DNA from: Octopus vulgaris
Lineage: Eukaryota
Length of the DNA stretch: 64,000 bases
Assembly (NCBI GenBank): GCA_951406725.2
Contig: OX597814.1
Span: 86,676,001 to 86,740,000 of the forward strand
Direction of reading: 5' to 3'
Each line of letters starts with the position of its first letter. The first letter of the stretch is position 1. Positions 50,723 through 63,719 of the stretch are shown one piece after another. The notes under the pieces are model-generated. The model was not told the origin of the DNA and did not search any database. It worked only from the letters and a program-made list of their open reading frames with translations. Both the position numbers and the translations under genes were made by a program.

Positions 50723-53700
50723 AAATTCTGTATTTTGGTAGATATTTAACATCATTACTGGAATAACCATGAAATTTAATTTTGCATTTAAAGGATTAGA
50801 AAAGAAAAGTAATAAGACATTTTCCAAGAAATTCTGAATGAAAATTTTATTATACAGTCTATATACAACTTAAGATGTAGCTTAATAAGCTGACAACGAT
50901 GTTTTTTTTCTTCTTAGATACAAAAGGAATAAACAACCAAGTAAAGAGTGTTAAGTATGTTTCACTTTTGACAAAACAAGAACATAACACATTGTACAGA
51001 AGAATCTAAGCAAATAACTAAAAAAAAAATCTAATAATATCAGTTTAATTTTTTAAATCAAAATTTAAATAAAACTGTCATGTGATTGAAGTGTCTAAAT
51101 ATTAAGTTATTTGTAGAAGGATATCAGATAAGACCCATTTACACGAGGAAAAAGACATTTTCTTTTTTAAATGATATTGATCATATAGAGATTTGGTTGT
51201 TAGAAAAAATATTTAATAAAATATATTCCAAATAATTGAGATATTTAAAAAAATATACTGAATTAAGGACTTTGTTTTAAATTTGAGGAAAGGGATTTAT
51301 GAATAACATTCAAAGAACACATACATGACATGTCTAACAAAGATAATTTTCGCCTGACATTATTATTCCAATGAGAGAGCTACTGAAATAATTTCAAAGA
51401 ACTAAACAGAGATAGTGCTACAAGATATATAAAACACAGCATTAAAAGCTTCAGTCTGGGCCTTTCTTTGATAACCTTTGTTTAAAATAAATAGAAACAC
51501 ATTACCCATCTTAGAACATAGAAACATGAAAATATGGTATCAAATTTTTCAAATAATACATACTGCCTCAACACCATTTACATAATTCCAGGAAGTTTTA
51601 TTTCATTGATTTGAACCTGTGAAATATCGTATTATAGAGATGTTTCATCTACCCCTTTCATGACAGTATAAAACTCATCTACCTTAATATGGCACAACTT
51701 ATTTTCTTTTAAAAGTTAATTTAAATATGAATGTTCCAAGCCTATGGTAGGGCTATTGTTGTAGCACTCCTGCTTAATGTTAGCAGCATACTCCAGTGAA
51801 AAACCAATGAAAGTTATTCACTAAATTAAGGTAACAATTGATTCATGTAACAACTGAAAAATTGCCATTCTACATAGAAGGATGTAGTATAATTCCAATA
51901 AGAAAAACTCCAAGAGAGATGGTAAATATTTAAAAGGTGTGATTGAATAACACAATTTTTAAATACTGTTTCTCTCACAAGCTTGAAATTAATATCCAAA
52001 TTCCTTAACAAGTAACCAATTTAAAGAAGAAACACTTTCATTAAATAGTTTGCAGCAGCATTCTAAAAAAGACAAAAAAAGTGTTATGCTTCTAGCAAAA
52101 ATAATCCCAATCTAGATTTCATCCTCAGTTGGAGACTTTAGCACATATATTTCCCCAATCTCCTTAGGAAAGTATGAACATATTTTGTAGCTGTTTCTGA
52201 CACCCACTCCCTAACAAGGAAGGAACATTTCTTCATCCTCGACAAAAATAAATAAGATACAGCTTAAATATGTTATTGCAATTATAATTATAAATCCATA
52301 ATTTCTTTTTAAATTCAGACTTTTTAAAGAATTTGATATTTTAATTAATAAAAGAAAAACACAAAATCATTTTTGAATTTATGATCATTATTGTAATAGT
52401 AAATGTAATGTTCTACTTATAATTATCTTTCATTCCATAAATGAGAATTTACTCTCATCATAGTATACCCCCAAATCAATTAGTAATTTCTGTTTCAGTA
52501 CTCCTCCACTTTCTGCTTGGTGAGTTGGGGCAAAAAACAGTATATGACCCTCAACTCTACAGCTTTTGTAACTCTTCCTGTTTACATAATAAACTTGCTC
52601 ACGTTCCACAGAATAAACCCTTTAAAAACTATTGTGTTACACATTCAATTTGCTAAATTACAAACATCTCTATTTCTGCTGCAATGAAGCTAAATAAAGA
52701 CTTGTGGCATTTTGCATGTAAATTTTCAACCAAAGAGGGTTGTAATGGAGAGATTATCAGGTTGAGGCAATACAATTTACTGCAAGAGCTGATGTATCTA
52801 AAAATAAGTTATGGCATACCAGATTTGAGACTAAAGAGCCCTTATCAGGCTTTGTATCACTATTGTTTTTTAGTTTAAGGGAGGAAAAAAAGGCTCAGTT
52901 TTAAGACATGAATGGTTATGCCATGAAGTTAACAGTATTTTCTTATTGAGTCTCAGTACAATGTTTGATATTCATTGCAGCAAATCATCATTATTATTGG
53001 CTCATCAAGGGGAAATGGGACAAAATAAAAGAAGGATTAACAGGCTGTAAACTAGATATGACAGCATTTTGAAAGGGAAATACAAAATCCTCCATATTTA
53101 AAATTAGTAAGCTTGTGGGAAATAACATGGAATTACACAGCAGAAATGCCCTACAACAATTATTTCTAATAATCTGTTACAAGACAAATTCCTTTTACCA
53201 AAACTTAATATGGATCAGTAACCAAAGGTCCATGGGGGAAAATCCAGCTAGCATTGAGGTAGAAGCATAGACCCAAGACCAAAGTTTCAAGAATGGCAAT
53301 TAAAAATAGTATGGAATAATTCTACAAATATGATAAAGCATCATAGCTTATTTAAGGTGAAGCGCTGACAAGTAAAATGGAACCCGTTTTTAGTTTGTTT
53401 TTGCAACATAGCATTTTCTAAATAAGCAGATGACTTTAAAAAGTAACTGACAATTTTAAGCTGTTGTAATTATCCTTTCAGGTATTTACAGCTATCCATT
53501 CCAATTAAATGAAGTTAATAAAGCTCAGGCAAGAGGATCTCTACCTCTATAAATATGGCACTTGAATCTTAGCAGTTGAAATAGCATTGTTTTTATAGAA
53601 TTAAGAAAACTGAGAAGAGAGTACAAAATTATTTCATATTCTTAATATTGTCATAACACTAGTGCAGGCCACTATATGTACAACCTTACAAGATATACAA

Positions 53701-54457
53701 CACATTGCTATAAGTGAAGTACTGCAACAATAATAGATTTCTGTAAAGACAACTAAAACAAATAAAAGAAGTTTACAAAGTAGACATTCCTTCATTCTTT
53801 GGAAAAATAATACCATCTTAATTACATCCTTTTAAAAATCAAACAAAGGAAACTGAAGATTCCCTACCACAGTCTTATAATGGTCACTTTGCTCTGCCAG
53901 AAAAGTCAAATATGTATGTGTAAAATGATATAGTATCTATAAGGATTTATTAAATATTTCAAATAAATAACATAATTACAATAGGTGTATGAGAAAACTC
54001 CTAAATATGAATTATTCTATACAATATATACATATATCACAAATAAACATCTGGAAGCATTTGGGAAAATGAGGAAAGAGTGCAGAGCCTAATGATAATA
54101 GAGTATTATTCCAAAAGCTTTGTAACTACATTGGAGACTAAGATAGTTGTGAGAAAACAATATGATATTGATAAGTTTTTGATGATTATCCAAACTATTA
54201 GATTGTCTTTAACAGTCACTAGAATATTTTTCCGTCATTTTCTCTTTGGGGGCAACCTACATACACTATTATTTACATATAGTTCTTACATACTTTCCCA
54301 ACTTAGAGGTAACCCTAAGCTCATTTTCCTTTGTGTAGAACTTGACCAAAGCAAATTCTTAACAAATTTCATATATATCACATTAGCATAAACATCATCT
54401 GATTTTCAAAAGGTTCAACAGTAGCTGGTAGGGATGAAGGAAGTAAATCGAAAATCT

Positions 54458-55666
54458 TTGAGTTTTCATGATACAAATACTTGAGAACATACATATTTCA
54501 CCGTTTAGCTGATCTCAGAAATGATGTCAATTTAAGGTTTCATAGGGTTATCAATAAACCAACTCAAAGTAAATACAAAAACAAAGAATGTCCATCAGAC
54601 GAGATGTTATTTTATACTACAATAGGAAGTTTATTATTTTTTTTTTTACCTTTTTTTTTAATAAATAAATAATTAAATAAACAATATTGAATGTGTGTAA
54701 TATACTGTCTGTATTAGTGTAGGGATTTTTTCCAAGTATGTATCTGGGTGTGTATACATCTGTGAGTGTCTGCATGAAATGTTTTAAAAAAACTGCAGTA
54801 AGTTCACAAGATGTCAACAAAGCTAATTAGAGTTGTTATTATTATAACCCTTATCAAAAGTATACAAGTTTATCCAAAAGAGAATAGCTGTATAAATTTG
54901 AAATGCAGTTCAGTCAGGTTGGAGGAGTGAAGTCATTTGCTTTAGAAAATACCACATATAACATTAGTGCCAAGATGAAGTGAAGCAGAAGGCACAATGC
55001 TGTGGGAAAGCAGTTGTCTTCAGAAAGCTGAAATTGTATCAGACTCCTTTATTTCAGTCCTAAGTTGGAGGAAAAAAGAAAACCAAGAGAACAGTTCTCT
55101 AGTTTCCATTATTGCCCCAATCAAACCCACCTGGACGGTCCTCTGGGAATGGCTGGTAATTTGGATCTTCAACAGTTGTGTCCATTAAATATTTACTATA
55201 AAGAGATGAAAATTAAGAGAGAAAATGTAACAAAGGAAAAGATTATTAAAGAAATAACATTATTTCTGTAATTAATTTTCTTTATATCAAATTATATCAT
55301 TATGAGACAAAAGTTATTTTTTAATTTATTTTTATCATTGCTTCTTCAGCATTATGATTTTTTAGAATAGTATTTATTGTTGCATATTCTATAACATTTC
55401 TTTTAAAACTTTGATCAAAGATTCATTTCCATGAATATGGTCATCTCTGAGTTTTAATGATACAAATACTTGAGAACATACATATTTCACCGTTTAGCTG
55501 ATCTCAGAAATGATGTCAATTTAAGGATTCGTAGGGTTATCAATAAACCAACTCAAAGTAAATACAAAAACAAAGAATGTCCATCAGACAAGAGGTTATT
55601 TTATACTACAATAGAAAGTTTTTTGTTTTTTTTAATACTTTTTTTTTCATAATTAAATAAATATTG
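54458..55666. repeat. ~220-bp direct repeat (~54458-54689 and ~55447-55666) flanking the last DERL2 coding exon
   Basis: Near-identical blocks 989 bp apart; they explain the twin ORFs at 54481 and 55470. Confidence 0.9.
55099..55195 (-). CDS. DERL2: Derlin-2 terminal coding exon
   Basis: ctttatag|T AAA..; [31 protein letters not shown], resembling the Derlin-2 C-terminus EDPNYNPLPEERPGGFAWG. Confidence 0.93.
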
Positions 55667-55668
55667 TG

Positions 55669-56760
55669 TCATCATCATCATCATTTAGCGTCCGTTCTCC
55701 ATGCTAGCATGGGTTGGACGGTTCAACTGGGGTCTGGGGAGCCCGAAGGCTGCACCAGGCCAGTCAGATCTGGCAGTGTTTCTACAGCTGGATGCCCTTC
55801 CTAACGCCAACCACTCCGAGAGTGTAGTGGGTGATTTTATGTGCCACCGACACAGGTGCCAGACAAGGCTGGCGAATGGCCACGCTCGGATGGTGTTTTT
55901 TATGTGCCACCAACACAGGTGCCAGACGAGGCTGGCAGACGGCCACGCTCGGATGGTGTTTTTATGTGCCACCGACACAGGTGCCAGATGAGGCTGGCGA
56001 ACGGCCACGATCGGATGGTGTTTGTTACGTGCCCGCAGCACGGAGGCCAGTCGATGCGGTACTGGCTATGGCCACGTTCGGATGGTTTTCTTGTGTGCCA
56101 CCGGCACTGGTACCACAAAGATACAAATTCCATTGATGTTCATCTATTTTGATTTGATTTGATTTGATTTTCACTTGCCTCAACAGGTCTTCACAAGTGT
56201 CACAAGAAGGAAGGTATGCACAGGTGGACTGACTACGTCCCAGGTAGGGGCCACGGGTTATGGCCTGACTAGTCTTGCCGGGTCTTCAGATGGTGTTTTT
56301 ATGTGCCACCGACACAGGTGCCAGATGAGGCTGGCGAAACGGCCACGATCGGATGGTGTTTGTTACTTGCCCACAGCACGGAGGCCAGTCGATGCGGTAC
56401 TGGCTACCGCCACGTTTGGATAGTTTTCTTGTGTGCCACCGGCACTGGTACCACAAAGATACAAATTCCATTGATGTTCATCTATTTTGATTTGTTTTGA
56501 TTTGATTTGATTTTCACTTGCCTCAACAGGTCTTCACAAGTGTCACAAGAAGGAAGGAAGGTATGCACAGGTGGACTGACTACGTCCCAGGTGGGGCCAC
56601 GGGTTATGGCATGGTGTTTTTATGTGCCACCGACACAGGTGCCAGATAAGGCTGGCGAACGGCCACGATCGGATGGTGTTTGTTATGTGCCCACAGCACG
56701 GAGGCCAGTCGATGCGGTACTGGCTACGGCCACGTTCGGATGGTTTTCTTGTGTGCCACT
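55669..56760 (-). mobile_element. RTE-LINE 3' UTR with internal ~60-bp and ~330-bp tandem duplications
   Basis: (CAT)n tail at 55669; recurring unit GATGGTGTTTTTATGTGCCACCGACACAGGTGCCAGA..; block ~55950-56285 recurs at ~56288-56610 and partially at ~56610-56760. Confidence 0.88.
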
Positions 56761-57555
56761 GTACTGGTATCAGAAGAAAAATGTTTGTAAAGCAATAAAA
56801 GTTAAAAAACATAAGTGAGTTTTTTAAATGGCTTTATTGATTCAAAATGCCACACCATTTCATGGTTGTATTAGAAGGATGAATTATTACAATAATTATA
56901 TTGTCTCTTTCATATACATCAATCCTTGAATTCAAAGGATTCATATGGTTGAGAAACTTATCTCTTCACAAATCAATCACATGTAATATTCCAATCATTC
57001 ATCAAATTCACATCTCTACCCTTTTACAGAGCTAACAATTGTCAATTCATTGAACTTTTGATATAATAATTAATTGATAAAGAACACAATTTGAATTGTG
57101 TAAATTCAAATAAATTTTTAAACTGTAGACCTTATTATGCCAGTCAGATTTCTATTCATCTAAGCAAGTAATGAATGAGAATATTAATTACTGAAATCAA
57201 CTTTTTAAAAAATCTGGACTAATCGTGGGGAGAAAAGTGGAAGTAATCTAAGAAACTAATAAATCAGAAAATCAACTATTGTTTGCAAAAAATAGGCAGG
57301 TAGTAAATATAACTTGACAATAACAACATATGTAGAAGTTCTGAATTGAGAGCAGATAGTTAATAATTTGTGAGTTAAGGACAACAAGGAAGGAATGAAT
57401 GATTAAGAAAGAAGTTAATATTGATAAAAGTTGGGGTATATAATGGAAATTTTACACACCAGATCAATCCAAACCAGTGCAGAATAGATAGAAAGCTATT
57501 CCAAATAAAATCTAAGTGGAAAGATTAAAATTTATTAGTTGAATGCAATACTTAC

Positions 57556-57646
57556 AGAAATCGAGGAGTTCGCAATATTTTGAAGCCACCCATTTGTAGA
57601 GGGAATACATCTTCAAGGTAAAAATAAAGGTGGCCAACCAAAATTC
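57556..57646 (-). CDS. DERL2: Derlin-2 exon (91 nt, phase 1 to 2)
   Basis: tatcag|GAATT..TTTCT|gtaagt; [31 protein letters not shown]. Confidence 0.95.
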
Positions 57647-58526
57647 CTGATAATAAAACCAAAAATCAACTGTATAATATCTCCAAAATAATATAAATTG
57701 TTTAAAATATAACTGACAATCATAGATTAATTGCAACATTCTCAAAGATTCCTTTGACAAAATCCATTTCTCAACCTCCAAAAGGTTAAAATCAAAACAA
57801 AATTTTTTTCTTTAAATCTTAAAAGCAATTTGAAATATTGATCAAAGTATATATATTTTTCTCTTTTAGATCTTCTAATTTCTACCATTATGAGAAATCA
57901 AAGGTATATTTAATTTTGAAATTTAAAGTGAAGGTGGAGGCTACTTTTGTGCTTTCATGCAATAGGTCTTTCAGGATCCTCTGATCTGACATATAGCAGT
58001 GTCTACTTTCACTAAGCTCAGTCATTTTCAACTGTGGTCTTATTTAAACCATTTCCTAGTTTGAAGAAAGTATACTCTCTCTCGCTCATGAGAAGTTCTC
58101 ATTTATGTGAGACATGTATCTTAGAGTATTGAAATATTCACTTGTAGTCTCAGTAGTTAATCACTGCTGCATTTCATATGTGGCTGATCTGAAAGTTATT
58201 TGAAATTCTAATGGTCACAACCCATCCATTCTAGCATTGTCATCTGAGTGCTGGTTTCTTTTTTTGTCTTTTGTACCTTGCACAGTATTTAAGTCTGCAG
58301 TATGGGCTACTTGTATTTCTTGGTTCCTTGCACCCACTGGAGCAAGTGGACTATGATGGAAAAGAACGTAATTGGCTGAGGACTGTCCAGCTTAAGGTAG
58401 GTAGGTAAATGTCCAGTAAGACACAATAGTTTCTCTCTCCACCAAAGAAAATCATGGTGTTATGTTCAATGCTAATTGAGTGCAGGTTTATAGCCAGCAG
58501 ATTTCTACCTTCCATGTTCTGCTGTG

Positions 58527-58830
58527 AAGGTGTGTTGCTTAGTGATTAGGGTATTTGGCCCACGATTGTATGATCATCAGTTTGATTCCCACCAGCATGT
58601 TGTCGTCCTTGAGCAAGACACTTTATTTCACATTGCTCCAGCCCACTCAGCTGGCAAAAATGAGTAGTGACTGTATATCAAAGGGCCAGCCTTGTCACAT
58701 TCTGTGTGACACTGAATCTCCTTGAGAACTATATTAAGTGTTTGCATGATTGTGGATTGCTCAACCACTTGCACATTTTAATTTCATGAGCAGGCTGCCC
58801 CACTGAACTGATCAACTGGAACACTTTCTG
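58527..58830 (+). mobile_element. tRNA-derived SINE in a DERL2 intron
   Basis: tRNA-like head, then CCTTGAGCAAGACACTTTATTTCACATTGCTCCAGCCCACTCAGCTGG; related to 4050-4362. Confidence 0.7.
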
Positions 58831-59247
58831 CCATAACCAAAGGTGTGTCAGGTATGTTGTGCTGAGGTAACACTTGAATGTTGTCTCTCTGGTGCATGCC
58901 TAATCAAAGTTGAATGGAAGACCAACAGCAATTCACCCCTCTCCAGACCACTGTTGTTGTCTGAAAAAAGGGCAAATGCTGGTATAACTTGGCACCGATA
59001 ATGTTGGCCCAAAAGTTGCCAGAACAAAGTTGAGAACAACATTGAAAATTCAAAGCTGTGGTCCTTAGAGACCATGGAGCTGCATATTTCATGAGGATTT
59101 ACCCCAGTGCAAGTCAGTGATGGTCTGAAACCAAAGTTTGTCCTCTCTTAAATGAATTGCCTTCCCAGAATGACATGTTGCAATCACCTGAGGTATTGCA
59201 ATCACCTGAGGTATTGATTTTATATTCATAACGTTGATTTTACTTAC

Positions 59248-59446
59248 CCATAAGATCTACAGCAACAGAGTTACCTAACAGGAGAGAAAATGTCAGGAGT
59301 ACCCATGGTAAATAAGGAGCCTGAAAATTTAGAAGACCAAAGAAATTCATTCTGACATAGGGATTTCGTCGACTCCAGATATACACCAGCATTATAGTGA
59401 AGGCATTTCCCAAGAAGGCGATATTTCCAATCAGTATTGTGTTTAT
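59248..59446 (-). CDS. DERL2: Derlin-2 exon (199 nt, phase 0 to 1)
   Basis: [66 protein letters not shown]; G|gtaagt donor; acceptor preceded by a U12-type branch site. Confidence 0.96.
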
Positions 59447-61706
59447 CTTACAGAGATGTTAAGGGAAAAAGGATTATGTATTACAGAAAAATTTTGTATA
59501 ATTTTTAGACTAATTTATATAATTTATTATTCAATAGCAATGATAGCTTTTGTAGTATTCTTGTTTTTTTTTACAAACAACCAGAATGTCTTGTTAATTT
59601 ATGAAAGCTATTTAGAGTGACATGAAAAAATAAAAATATTACATGCCTGGGCTGGGATAAAACTTCCAAACTACTTATATAAATCACTACTATATAAATA
59701 TATTTCAAGCTGGGCTAGGATACAAAATACTTGATTTTTGACCTAGGGTTTGAGTGCTATTAAGTACTTTAATATTTGGATATGAGATTGCAGTTTAATA
59801 ATAAAGAATGTTGAAACCTTGCAGTAAAAATAGATTTTGGAACTTAATATATCATTGTCTATCTATTACTGTCTATCAATGACAACAAAATCTTTGGATT
59901 TATATGCTGCAATAATGCCTGTTTAATTGTCTAGCAGTCCTTCCTTTAACTGCAGTTGGTCTACATAGGCTAAAACTAAATTGTTGCTTTTAATTTGGAA
60001 AATGAAGATATTGCAAGGGAGAAGTATTAGCAATTTTAATTAACAAGAAGCCCAACTCTGTATTTGTTATATGGGAAAGTAGGGTACCAGAAAATAGTAA
60101 ATAATGAACTGATCAAAATGTGTAGAATAAAAGAAACATAAAAAAAATATGTTTAATAGTCTGGAAATTTAAAATTATTTTGACATGGCCCACAACTTTT
60201 TAAAAAGTCACTGCTTGTTTCTTCAATAGCATTTTGAAATGGAAGGTATTTTTTAAAGCAATTCTTTCTAGAAAATAATTATTGCGCGTGAGCCTTAAAT
60301 TCTAAAATATGAACAGGACAACTATACCAGACTTATTATCAGTTACTTTACAGTTTAGTGTTACATAGTCAATGCTAGTTTTCTCAAAGGGATTTCTTAT
60401 GCTCATAATGATGTCCAACATAATACAAAAAAGAGTGTTGAAATGCACTTTTCTTCTCATAATGATAAAACCTAACTACATCATTAGAAAAAATATTATC
60501 TCTATGAATTATTCTACAACATAACTAATTTCTGGCCTAACCAAAATCCAGCTACCTTATATAGTAGAGTTTTAAAGTGATAACAATTACTTCACCAATT
60601 CCTTTCCTTCTTTTATTCACCTGCTCATATGTATGATCAATGGGGACTGATGAAAAATAACAATTGCATCCAGTTATCACATAGTATCCTTTTTACAAAT
60701 TTTTCTTTAAAGGTACAAGGAATTTGAAGTAGAAAATCATAAGGTTGAACTTTTGCTCCTGATGTAACTGTATATGAGTGAGCTGGTGATGTGTATAAAT
60801 GAGTAGCCAGAATTGTGCATTTGGTTTCTTTCAGTAAGCTATGACAATTCTGTCATCAAAGACCATCTCTACTTCAGAATGTAGCTTCAAAAAGTTGTCA
60901 AGAATTACAACAATAATTTGGTGAGCTTAAAACGTTTTCACTGAATCTGATGCTCTCAAAAACGATGTTGCTGCTACCTCTTAGTAATTTCAGGTTCTTT
61001 GAAAGTGTCAGACCACCTAGACCTACAGAAAAGATTCCTCACAGCAACCAACAGAGCAAATACAATGTGAAGCCCTCTCATACAAACTTCGTTTTAATAG
61101 TGTATTTGGAGATATTTTTTTTGTTCCCAAGTATTTTTGAATTAAATCTAAAATAACCTGATTATAAAAGATTTACAGTGACATCACATACACAATACCT
61201 TATAGAAACAAAATAATTGAAGGCATGACTGCAGATCTTCACCGAAAAGCAAATGTTCAAATTGTATCAACAATTCAAATATTAGAGCTATTTGAATGTT
61301 ATTGATTTTCTTGAGATTTATGGGCCCACGTGCTCCAAGGGCTCACAAGCTTCTTATTGCCCATTCAGGCTAGAGTTGTAATTTTGTTCTGTACCTTCAA
61401 TGTTATAGTAAAAAGTAAACTTTTAAATCAATTTGAAACAAATATTAAAATTAGTCAAATTTGGCACCCCACTGTACTCCCCTGAGTAACCAAGTTAAAA
61501 AAAAAAAGATATATACAATAGTATGTAATGTTAATAGATAACATTAGCTAATTAAAAATAATCAGCAAGCTGACAGTGGATAAAAAACAAAAATTTTTGA
61601 GAAGTGATATGCTGTCTACAAATCCATCAAACTCATACCAGCAAGAAAAAACACATTAAAAGAATGATAATGATATAAGTGTATAAATTCATTTAGTAAA
61701 GGATAC
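59447..61706 (-). other. DERL2: U12-type GT-AG intron of DERL2
   Basis: 5'SS GTATCCTTT (61706-61698); TTCCCTTAAC branch site ending 11 nt before the exon (..CTTAAC ATCTCTGTAAG|). Confidence 0.9.
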
Positions 61707-61874
61707 AATCATTATAAATCCTCCAAAAAGAAACATAAAAAAGAAGTCAGATGTACGTCCCCGAAATGACCCTTCTTCCAGCATACGGCAGTAACGATAG
61801 GCGAAAATTATGTTGAAAATAAAATTGAAGCCAATAGGTCCAAAATACATAAAATTGGTAAGAAGCCGCCATAT
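61707..61874 (-). CDS. DERL2: Derlin-2 exon (168 nt, phase 0 to 0)
   Basis: ttccag|[56 protein letters not shown]; contains the rhomboid-superfamily WR motif. Confidence 0.97.
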
Positions 61875-62243
61875 CTGGAAACAGAAAATATAAAAAATCA
61901 TATTTAGGAATTTGCATATAATATATGTTGGATTTATGAACTGAGCATCAGTAAAATAGAAAATAAATTTAAAGAATGATTAAAACAATGTAAATTTCAA
62001 CTAATCAAAAATCTTATCAACAAACTTGGATACAGCCTAAATTTCTTTTACCTTTTTTATATTAAGCTAAGGGAAGTTAACTGGAAAGAGGAACAATAAT
62101 ATTACTAAACAATTCTGGAAATGCCATTTGTATTTCTTTGTTTATTTAGCACATTAATCGGTCAGATTCAGAGCTTTAGTGAAAAGGAAGACTGGTAAAC
62201 TCTGTAGAGTTTATCAACATTTAATAAATATAACTTCTGTATA

Positions 62244-62763
62244 TGAGGTCTAATCAAAAAGTATCTGGACTGCTGCTATGGTAACAGCTGAAATATGCAG
62301 AGTGGAACTGCTTGGCACAGATTGACCATGAACTCTGTCACACACGCACACTCAATTATAATGTTCTCACACTCACTTCTGTTGTTTATAGCAACGCTTC
62401 AAAGTAAAGTGTGTAGAGTATGGCCACCTCACCACACCACAGAGATTCCATCAGTGACCACGGCAGAGAAAATATGCGTGTGTGGAAAGAGATGCAGCTT
62501 GAAGGTTAATACAGCCAAGAATCTTACCGAAAATCAAATCCCACTTGAAAGGAACAAGATTTCAAGACGTTGAGAATGTCAGGTGAGGAAGTTGCTCACT
62601 ATCCCAAAAAAAGGAGCTCCAGGAATGCTTCCATCAATGAAAACAATGATGGATAGTGTCACTTCAGAAGGGGATTACTTTGAAGGAGATTAAATGTTGA
62701 ATTGATGTGTGTTGCAGTTGTCTTTTTATAGCACAAATCCCAATACTCTTTGATCAGACCTTG
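62244..62763 (+). mobile_element. Internally deleted mariner element
   Basis: TA-flanked degenerate TIRs TGAGGTCTAATCAAAAAGTAT / ATACTCTTTGATCAGACCTTG; retains the transposase C-terminus LKGTRFQDVE..ELQECFHQ..SEGDYFEGD*. Confidence 0.85.
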
Positions 62764-63653
62764 TATATGCAAAGAATACTGAGGAAATAAATTAGCAATA
62801 ATAGTTATGGTATTCTTGTTTCTATTCACTTTGACAGTTTTTCAGTCAACACTATAAGCATATCATGTAACTAGATTTTATAGAAGTTATTTTTTTTTAT
62901 GAATATATTGCTTAGTGAATTGCATTTTATTTCAAATTTAAAATTTTACAAAAAAAAATTTAAAAGAAAGAACTATTGTAATATTATTTCATTTTGGTAG
63001 AGTTACTTAGTCAAGAATAAATTCACACATACATATATGCAAGAGAGAGAGAAATAATGCATGGCAAGTGTTCTCCTCTAAAATAGTCACGGACTGACTG
63101 AAGCCTTGTGAGTGGAATTTGGTAGATGGAAAGTGAATGAAGGTGTGTGTGTGTGTGTATCAACTATTACCTGTTTCCAAGCCTATTAAAATTTCCTCAT
63201 GACCAGACATGTTATTCAAAGAATCTAATGGCACCAGTTGTATGACAGTGTCTCTCATTTATAACAATCTCATATCAAAATGAAGAGGCACAGACACATG
63301 AATATAAGAACAAACTAGAGTTGCAGGAACTAGTGCTGAATAAACTATGTGCATGTATATGAACACTTTCATGTACACTCAAATGCAGGAAAACCATTAG
63401 TTACTGAAATGCTTTTGGGAGAAAAATTTCCTCATTGACAATATGTTGTGGAAAAACATTGGTCATAAGATGCATGCATTTCTACATTGTTGTGGTGTTG
63501 TCAGCTACAAATACCAAAACTGCTCTTCACAGCCCTGTGTATATACATATATACACACACATGCAGTCTTAATCGCATTTGAGATTATTCAATTATTAAG
63601 GTTTGAAAAAAACATGTTCATAGTAATATGATAGATACAAATAATATACTTAC

Positions 63654-63719
63654 TTGGTACTTTTTGAAAATCAAATCTGGATTAAAGTATAATTGTAGTG
63701 GTGTTATTATATCTAATTT
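63654..63719 (-). CDS. DERL2: Derlin-2 exon (66 nt, phase 0 to 0); the first coding exon lies beyond the window
   Basis: ttttcag|KLDIITPLQLYFNPDLIFKKYQ|gtaagt, resembling [22 protein letters not shown]. Confidence 0.95.

Noticed and set aside
52001-52009. Plus-strand TTCCTTAAC; also a plus-strand GTATCCTTT at 60684-60692
   Set aside because: Isolated U12-like motifs in the wrong order, with no partner or exon; single 9-mers are expected by chance.
54481-55652. Twin ORFs MRTYIFHRLADLRND.. as a duplicated small gene
   Set aside because: TTG starts, antisense to DERL2, and divergent T-rich ends; explained by the DNA duplication.
55685-56818. Regularly spaced repeats and overlapping ORFs, superficially CRISPR-like or a repeat protein
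   Set aside because: The spacers are themselves repeated, there are no cas genes, the context is eukaryotic, and the sequence is the RTE 3' UTR.
59178-59216. 18-bp tandem duplication near a DERL2 donor
   Set aside because: Simple slippage duplication inside the intron; the splice site is unaffected.
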